Below are positions 57,921 to 64,000 of a stretch of DNA of 64,000 bases, piece by piece; position 1 is the stretch's first letter, and the number at the start of each line of letters is the position of its first letter. The stretch comes from an uncultured Bacteroidales bacterium. GTDB taxonomy: Bacteria > Bacteroidota > Bacteroidia > Bacteroidales > VadinHA17. The position numbers and the translations under genes were made by a program. The notes under the pieces were generated by a model. That model did not search any database. It was not told the origin of the DNA and saw only the letters and a program-made list of their open reading frames with translations. The stretch lies in assembly GCA_963780735.1 (NCBI GenBank), contig CAWADB010000001.1, positions 53,205 to 117,204 of the forward strand. Reading direction: 5' to 3'.

Positions 57921-59156
57921 ATGATAATGAATAAAATATCACGTATGAAACCTCATGAATATATTGAGAGAGAAGAAAAGTTCGGTGCACATAATTACCA
58001 TCCGTTGCCGGTAGTTCTTGAAAGAGGCCAGGGGCCGTTTGTATGGGACGTGGAAGGAAAGCGCTACTATGATTTTCTTTCAGCTTATTCGGCAGTGAAC
58101 CAGGGACACTGTCATCCGAAAATCACCGCTGCCCTTATTGAGCAGGCTCAGAAACTCACCCTGACATCCAGGGCATTTTTCAATTCAGTCCTTGGTGAGT
58201 ATGAGGAATATATCACTAAGTACTTCGGATATGACAAGGTACTGCCGATGAACACCGGTGCAGAGGCTGACGAGACCGCATTGAAGCTCTGCCGCAAATG
58301 GGCTTATCTTGTAAAAGGTGTTAAGGAGAACCAGGCGAAGATCATTGTCTGTGAAGGCAATTTTCACGGACGCACCATAACCATTGTTTCCATGTCTACG
58401 GACCCGGATGCAAGGAAGGATTACGGGCCGTTTACACCGGGGTTTATCACGATTCCCTACAATGACATTCCCGCGCTGGAAAATGCGCTGAATGACCCTG
58501 ATGTTGCAGGTTTCCTCGTTGAGCCTATACAGGGTGAAGCCGGTGTATTCGTTCCTGATGAAGGATACATCAGGAAAGCTTACGACCTGTGCAGAAAGAA
58601 AAATGTTCTCTTCATTGCTGATGAGGTGCAGACGGGCATTGCCCGGACCGGTAAGTTGCTGGCCTGCGACCATGAGGGGGTGAGACCCGATATCCTCATA
58701 CTCGGCAAAGCCCTCTCAGGAGGTACGATGCCCGTCTCTGCAGTTCTGGCTGATGACAGTATCATGCTTACAATCAAACCCGGCGAGCACGGATCAACCT
58801 TCGGAGGGAATTTGCTGGCCGGTAAAGTGGCGATAGCATCCCTTGAGGTTGTAAGGGAAGAAAAACTCGCAGAGAAAGCTGAATATCTCGGGAAGATATT
58901 CCGTGACGAAATGGGGGCTTTTAAATCAGACATGATCGAGCTTGTAAGGGGCAAAGGACTCCTCAATGCCATCGTCATAAGACCAAAGAACGGAAAGGAA
59001 GCATGGGATGTATGCCTGGCAATGATGGAGCTTGGCGTGCTGGCCAAGCCCACCCACGGACATATAATCAGGTTTGCGCCTCCTCTTGTTATAACGGAAG
59101 ATCAGCTCCGCGATGCCATTTCAATTATTAAAAAGGCAATTAAACAGTTTGAGTAG
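57921..59156 (+). CDS. rocD: Ornithine--oxo-acid aminotransferase
   Basis: 411 aa with [41 protein letters not shown], ...FHGRT, ...DEVQTG..RTG and the PLP-Lys region ...ILGKALSGG. The exact start among ATGs at 57921, 57927 and 57945 is unclear. Confidence 0.85.
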   Translation: MIMNKISRMKPHEYIEREEKFGAHNYHPLPVVLERGQGPFVWDVEGKRYYDFLSAYSAVNQGHCHPKITAALIEQAQKLTLTSRAFFNSVLGEYEEYITKYFGYDKVLPMNTGAEADETALKLCRKWAYLVKGVKENQAKIIVCEGNFHGRTITIVSMSTDPDARKDYGPFTPGFITIPYNDIPALENALNDPDVAGFLVEPIQGEAGVFVPDEGYIRKAYDLCRKKNVLFIADEVQTGIARTGKLLACDHEGVRPDILILGKALSGGTMPVSAVLADDSIMLTIKPGEHGSTFGGNLLAGKVAIASLEVVREEKLAEKAEYLGKIFRDEMGAFKSDMIELVRGKGLLNAIVIRPKNGKEAWDVCLAMMELGVLAKPTHGHIIRFAPPLVITEDQLRDAISIIKKAIKQFE

Positions 59157-59163
59157 ACCCAAT

Positions 59164-60963
59164 ATGAAATATAATTTAATTGCAGGTGCAGTCGTTGCGA
59201 TTCTGCTTACCTCCTGCGCCGGCACAAGCCGTAATCCGATGATCACTCATGATGAGCTGCTGGATATAACATCCCGCCTGACTGATGATGATTTTGCGGG
59301 AAGAGGAACGGGGACAGGCAACGACACTCTGGCTGCAGCCTATATTGAGAGGGAGTTCAAAAAAGCAAAACTGGATCCCTTTACCGGCGACGGTCTGCAA
59401 CGGTTCGTCGTAAATGTCTCTGCTGAGAGCGGTAAAGCAAACAGGCTTTTAATAAACGGGAATGAATTTGTTCCCGGAACAGACTTCGTTCCGCTTGCCA
59501 TGACGGCTAACAGCTCTCTGAAAGCGGAGGTGGCCTATTGTGGTTACGGTTTCATGGCAGCAAATGATTCAATGCAATGGAATGACTACCAGGGTATTGA
59601 TCTCAAGGGTAAATGGGTGCTTCTGCTACGCGGATACCCGGAATCGAATGCCGCTGCTTCAGCTTACAGCACCCTGTCGTCTGACCGGATGAAAGTCATG
59701 TCAGCAAGGGAGAACGGAGCCGCAGGTGTACTGCTCGTTTCCGGTGAGGGATGGGATGCCGTCGATAATCTTGACAAACCCTTACGGAGCGAGAGCAGCT
59801 CAGGAATTCCCGTGATACAGATCAGACGAGGTGTCGCCGACATAATCCTGAAGTCTTCCGGAAAAACTCTGAAAGAACTTGAAAAGAAAGCCGGCACCGA
59901 CCTCAGACCTGACAGCTTCATGACTGCCTCAACGGCTGACGGAGAGGCTGAGGTAATAGCCAGGGATGCCATCACTGCCAATGTGGTGATGGTCCTTGAG
60001 GGAACAACAATGAAGGATGAATATGTCATTGTCGGAGCGCATCTTGATCACCTTGGCATGGGTGGACCGGGTTCATCAAGCAGGATACAGGATACTGTCG
60101 CTATTCATTCCGGTGCCGATGACAACGCATCCGGTGTGGCCCTGATGATAGAACTGGCCGAGAAGCTTGCTTCAGACAGGCACAAACATGCGCGAAGCAT
60201 ACTGTTTGTTGCTTTCAGCGGCGAGGAGATAGGATTGCTCGGATCGAAGTACTTTGTTGACAATATGGGCATAAGTCCTTCGGCTGTCGACCTGATGGTG
60301 AACCTCGATATGGTGGGGAGAATGAAAGAGGGGAACGGGGTACAGGTAGGCGGTGTAGGTACAGCGGCAGGACTGCGTGACACGGTGCTCTCATTCAATG
60401 ATACGACCCAGATAAGCCTCAGCTTCACCAATGAGGGATACGGTCCTTCGGATCATTCATCATTCTATGGAAAGAATATACCTGTTCTGTTCATCACCAC
60501 CGGTCCGCATCTCGACTATCACACCCCTTTTGACACTTATGACAAACTGAACTATGCCGGTATGGTCAGAATAGGCAATCTTATCTACAAGATTGTAACC
60601 GCCGCCGCCAATGACACTGCAAGACTGGCTTTCCGCGAGGCAGGGCCTATGGCTCCGCCTCAGGGCATGGGAAGGCGCAGGGGAGTGACCCTTGGAATTA
60701 TGCCTGACTTTGCGGGGAACATAAAAAACGGACTCAGAGCTGACAACGTAACTCCGGGCAGACCGGCTGCCCTGGGTGGAATGATCAAGGGTGATATCAT
60801 TGTCGCCATAGATAATAAACCTGTCAATGATATTGAGGAATACATGTTCAGGCTCAGCCAGCTCAAGCCGGGGCAACTCATAACTGTCGATGTAATACGC
60901 GACGGCAAACATGAACTTCTTACTCATTCAATTGTAAAACCACCTGATTTTCAACTGACATGA
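59164..60963 (+). CDS. M28-family aminopeptidase lipoprotein with PA and C-terminal PDZ domains
   Basis: ORF 59113..60963. The ATG at 59164 gives MKYNLIAGAVVAILLTSC (lipobox). M28 metal ligand motifs are VGAHLDHLG, GADDNASG, FSGEE.GL.GS and SDH..F. The PDZ-like end is GGMIKGDIIVAIDNKPVNDIEEY...LKPGQLITVDVIRDG. Confidence 0.8.
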   Translation: MKYNLIAGAVVAILLTSCAGTSRNPMITHDELLDITSRLTDDDFAGRGTGTGNDTLAAAYIEREFKKAKLDPFTGDGLQRFVVNVSAESGKANRLLINGNEFVPGTDFVPLAMTANSSLKAEVAYCGYGFMAANDSMQWNDYQGIDLKGKWVLLLRGYPESNAAASAYSTLSSDRMKVMSARENGAAGVLLVSGEGWDAVDNLDKPLRSESSSGIPVIQIRRGVADIILKSSGKTLKELEKKAGTDLRPDSFMTASTADGEAEVIARDAITANVVMVLEGTTMKDEYVIVGAHLDHLGMGGPGSSSRIQDTVAIHSGADDNASGVALMIELAEKLASDRHKHARSILFVAFSGEEIGLLGSKYFVDNMGISPSAVDLMVNLDMVGRMKEGNGVQVGGVGTAAGLRDTVLSFNDTTQISLSFTNEGYGPSDHSSFYGKNIPVLFITTGPHLDYHTPFDTYDKLNYAGMVRIGNLIYKIVTAAANDTARLAFREAGPMAPPQGMGRRRGVTLGIMPDFAGNIKNGLRADNVTPGRPAALGGMIKGDIIVAIDNKPVNDIEEYMFRLSQLKPGQLITVDVIRDGKHELLTHSIVKPPDFQLT

Positions 60964-61767
60964 AAAAGATTCTCTTCTGGACAATAGCAGTTCTCATAAC
61001 GGTTGCAGCAGCAATGTACCAGAGAATGACGGGCCCGACATATCCTGCCAAAGTAACTGTGACAATTGAGGGTTCAGAACATGAAATAAACCTGAAGAGG
61101 AGCCAGACGAACACGCACCCGTGCACTATTGGTTTTGAGATCCCGGATAACATTACCGGGCAGATTTTCTACCGGAAATTCCGGTCGCAGGAAGAGTGGG
61201 TTTCCGTGCCCATGAACCGTGACGGGAGCCGTCTTGCAGGGGAACTCCCCTCCCAGCCTGCAGCCGGAAAGCTTGAATACTACATCATCCTCACACCACC
61301 TTCCGGAAGCGAAATCACCATCGGCAAGGATGAGCCTGTCGTGATACGGTTCAAGGGCAATGTACCGGCAGCGGTGATGATTCCCCATATTCTCATCATG
61401 TTTTTTGCCATGCTGATGTCTAACCTGGCAGGTCTCACAGCAGCCTTCGGAAGGCCTGAGCAGAAGAAATACGGAAGATGGGCGCTGTGGCTGCTGCTTG
61501 CCGGAGGGATGATCCTCGGGCCGGTTGTTCAAAAGTATGCATTCGGTGATCTGTGGACAGGAATACCGTTCGGATGGGATCTTACTGATAATAAGACGCT
61601 TATTGCAGTCTTTCGCCTGGATTTTGGCTGTCATTCTGAATCGCAAAAAGGATCGTCCGGCTTACACCATCGCGGCAGCTCTCCTTCTCCTGCTGGTTTA
61701 TTCCATCCCTCACAGCCTCTTTGGTTCGGAGCTTGATTATGCAACCGGAACGGTGACACAGGGCTGA
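60960..61767 (+). pseudogene. Hypothetical membrane protein (~268 aa), one +1 frame break
   Basis: ORFs 60960..61736 and 61525..61767 join at about 61614: ...WDLTDNKTLIAVF|AWILAVILNRKKDRPAYTIAAALLLLLVYSIPHSLFGSELDYATGTVTQG*. It has an N-terminal TM helix, a soluble beta-rich region and then 3-4 TM helices. Its start overlaps the peptidase stop. Confidence 0.45.
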
Positions 61768-61902
61768 AAACTTTTTTTTATCCTCTGACAGCTTTTTTTT
61801 ACCTTGGATGCAGCATTCGCGCATTACATTCGTCATTGCTATGAATAGTTCAAGTACGTGGGTGCAGCAACTAACATATACAAATCAGATCTTGTAAGAA
61901 AG

Positions 61903-62478
61903 ATGGAAAATGTTGAAGCAGCATTCAGGAACATACATCAGGACCTGATCGACGGTTGTCGTGACGGAGACCAGAAGGCTCAGTTCCAGGTTTACAAGTT
62001 GTACTACAAGGCTATGTATAACACGAGCCTGCGTATTGTGAACGACAACATGGAAGCTGAAGATGTGATGCAGGAAGCATTCCTCTCAGCATTCGAGAAG
62101 ATAAACACCTACTCGGGTACCGTCAGCTTCGGCGCATGGCTGAAGAAGATAGTGGTAAACAGATCACTTGACGCCCTCGGGAAGAGAAAAGCGATCTTTG
62201 AAGACATTGAAAATCACACCGGCCTCCGCGACAACAGCAATGAAGATGCTGCTTATCATGAAGATGTGGAAGCCAAGGTTGAAGAAGTCAAGGCAGCGAT
62301 TGAAAGACTGCCTGAAGGATACCGGGTGATACTCTCTCTCTACCTCATCGAAGGCTATGACCACGATGAGATTGCAGAGATGCTCAACATCTCAAGCAGC
62401 ACCTCCAGATCACAACTCTCGAGGGCGAAGCAGAAGCTGGTGGGTGAATTAAAAAACAGTAACAAATTATTATCATGA
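61903..62478 (+). CDS. ECF-subfamily RNA polymerase sigma-70 factor
   Basis: ORF 61858..62478. The ATG at 61903 gives MENVEAAF....LI.GCRDGDQKAQFQVYKLYYKAMYNTSLRIV....AEDVMQEAFL.AF (region 2). Region 4 is ...LPEGYRVILSLYLIEGYDHDEIAEMLNIS.STSRSQLSRAK. Confidence 0.85.
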   Translation: MENVEAAFRNIHQDLIDGCRDGDQKAQFQVYKLYYKAMYNTSLRIVNDNMEAEDVMQEAFLSAFEKINTYSGTVSFGAWLKKIVVNRSLDALGKRKAIFEDIENHTGLRDNSNEDAAYHEDVEAKVEEVKAAIERLPEGYRVILSLYLIEGYDHDEIAEMLNISSSTSRSQLSRAKQKLVGELKNSNKLLS

Positions 62479-63038
62479 ATACACTTGAAGAGATAATCAA
62501 AAAAGGAAAAGGTGAGTTTGACGACAGGGAGCCGTCAGACGGTCACTTCGAGAGGTTCAGCTTTAAGCTGGCGACACGGTTGCATACAGGAAAAGCCAAA
62601 CGGAGCATCCTTCCGTACCTGCTCAAGGCTGCCGTGGTGACACTTCTGGTAACTCTCTCATCGCTATGGTCATTTGACCACTTCATCAAGCCGAACCTGA
62701 AAAAGACAATGACCCTCAGCCAGGTATCTCCCGAATATCGCGAGGTTGAGAATTATTACGTCAGCCAGGTTAAATTCATGCAGAATGAATTCACAACCAT
62801 CGATTTAAACAATCCCGACCAGAAGGAGATCTTGATGAAGGAGCTTACAAGCATGGATTCAGTCTATGTAGAGCTCCAGAAAGAACTTAAGGCAAACCCG
62901 GGCGACCAGCGCATCGTTGATGCAATGATCAAGCATTACCAGCAAAAAATAGAAGTGATGAACTATCTACTTGAACAGTTCAGACAGATAAAAGCAGAAA
63001 CCGAAAATCCAAGCAGCCATGAAAAAGTTACTATTTAA
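62475..63038 (+). CDS. Putative anti-sigma factor (single-pass membrane protein)
   Basis: 187 aa. Its start overlaps the sigma stop (ATGA). It has one TM helix (LLKAAVVTLLVTLSSLW). Position is the main argument for the call. Confidence 0.5.
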   Translation: MNTLEEIIKKGKGEFDDREPSDGHFERFSFKLATRLHTGKAKRSILPYLLKAAVVTLLVTLSSLWSFDHFIKPNLKKTMTLSQVSPEYREVENYYVSQVKFMQNEFTTIDLNNPDQKEILMKELTSMDSVYVELQKELKANPGDQRIVDAMIKHYQQKIEVMNYLLEQFRQIKAETENPSSHEKVTI

Positions 63039-64000
63039 TCAGCGGGTAGCCGCATTCACAGTCTTACTGTGCGCGGCAACCCTGTCAGCCTCGGCAGTAG
63101 AGGTAAAGAAAGACTTTCACAGGGAGATGACTCCTACCGACCAGACCACTCTCACAGTCATCAATAAGTTTGGTTCGGTGGTTACAGAGACATGGTCTGA
63201 AAAAAACATCGTTATCGATGTCACCGTCAAGGTTGATCACTCATCTGCCGAAAGAGCAAATAAGCTACTGGATATGATTACTGTAAAATTCACCGAGACA
63301 GGCGGCAACCTGACGGCTGAGACAGTATTCAATGACGAGTTCTCTTCAATCAACTGGAAAGGCGGTTCCAATACGTTCAGCATCAACTATAACATCAAAA
63401 TGCCGGCATATGTCAACCTGGATGTTACAAACAAGTATGGCAACACGGTCATTGATGAGGTATCTGGATTGACCACTCTGACAGTCAAATACGGCGATCT
63501 GACCGTCAATAAACTTACCAGAGGCAATGTCAAGCCGTTGAACAGCCTGGTAGTAGCCTATGGCAAAGCAACAGTTGATGAACTTGGGATGGGCTGAGAT
63601 CAACGCACGCTATTGCGGACAGTTCAGTATTGACAGAGCCACTGCCCTGCTGGTTGACAGCCGTTATTCAAAGATCTCGGTAGGTAAGGTAAGCTCACTG
63701 GTGGCTGACGCAAAGTATGACGGATATAAAGTCACGGCTTCAAATAACGTCGTTATCATGGCAGGTTATACCGACATCAATATCGGAACAGTGACCAAAA
63801 AACTGGAGGTCGAGACCAAGTACGGAAATCTTTCGGTTGACCAGATCCCTGCCGGGTTCAGCGCGGTTGATGTCAAGGCCGGTTACTGCTCAGTGAAGCT
63901 TGGTATCGATCCGGCGGCCTGCTACACCCTGAAAGCAAACAGCTCTTACGGCAGCGTTAAAGTTGATGATGCCAATTTCTCACCCGACAGGCGTATCCAG
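63019..64000 (+). pseudogene. Beta-strand-repeat (DUF4097/DUF2807-like putative adhesin) protein, one +1 frame break; 3' end runs off the window
   Basis: ORF 63019..63597 (signal MKKLLFNQRVAAFTVLLCAATLSASA) ends ...ATVDELGMG*. Dropping the base at 63589 continues ...DELG|WAEINARYCGQFSIDRATALLVDSRYSKISVGKVSSLVADAKYDGYKV...ETKYGNLSVDQ...NSSYGSVKVDD to the window end. The 'KYGN/YGS..V' strand pattern recurs throughout. It is the third gene of the sigma/anti-sigma module. Confidence 0.45.

Noticed and set aside
61768-61902. Autoregulated ECF promoter upstream of the sigma factor gene
   Set aside because: I see only a weak CGTC-containing stretch (acattcgtcatt) with no convincing -35 partner at the right spacing. 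It cannot be supported from sequence alone.
2401-63600. Programmed ribosomal frameshifting or transcriptional slippage as the explanation for the frame breaks
   Set aside because: There are too many breaks in unrelated genes, and they share no slippery heptamer or downstream structure. Most are not in homopolymers. No family involved is known to use recoding, and the dnaX recoding region lies outside this window.
1-64000. Mobile elements, prophage, genomic island or defence system
   Set aside because: There is no transposase, integrase, recombinase, restriction-modification, toxin-antitoxin or phage-like ORF. The tRNA-Leu pair has no adjacent integrase or direct repeat of its 3' end. Gene content is housekeeping throughout.

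Overview
This looks like a core chromosomal segment of a Bacteroidota-type genome around dnaA. The phylum call rests on TAnnTTTG '-7' promoter boxes and typical gene families: a large LptD-like OMP, a GH3/beta-lactamase fusion, DUF721-recF, TPR-ribH and a long signal peptidase I. I can support about 60 protein genes, almost all housekeeping. They include dnaX, rpsF-rpsR-rplI, dnaA, galK, ndk, recF, ribH, mnmA, nspC plus carboxynorspermidine synthase, corA, lysC-lysA, thrS-infC-rpmI-rplT, lepB, dapB, trmD and rocD, plus an ECF sigma/anti-sigma module. There are two tRNA-Leu genes. I see no rRNA, CRISPR array, transposase, integrase or prophage signature.

The main observations are:

- **Reading-frame breaks.** There are 17, and 16 behave as single-base insertions. 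They hit 12 genes and cluster in a few operons. Assembly error is the most likely cause, so the interrupted genes are reported as full-span 'pseudogene' features with their fragment coordinates.
- **Cell-wall amino-sugar salvage locus.** It comprises murU, an AmgK-type kinase, an HGSNAT-like membrane acetyltransferase and a divergent NagZ/serine-hydrolase fusion. The kinase carries a C-terminal domain that matches the RapZ C-terminal domain motif for motif. This is the most interesting candidate in the window.
- **AddAB-like locus.** A helicase and a nuclease gene flank a tightly packed TIGR01212 radical SAM gene.
- **tRNA-Leu spacer.** It is built from heptamer repeats that fold into a long G.U-rich hairpin on the strand opposite the tRNAs only.
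- **infC start codon.** It cannot be ATG, GTG or TTG.

All similarity statements come from reading the translations and recalling family motifs. No database search was run.
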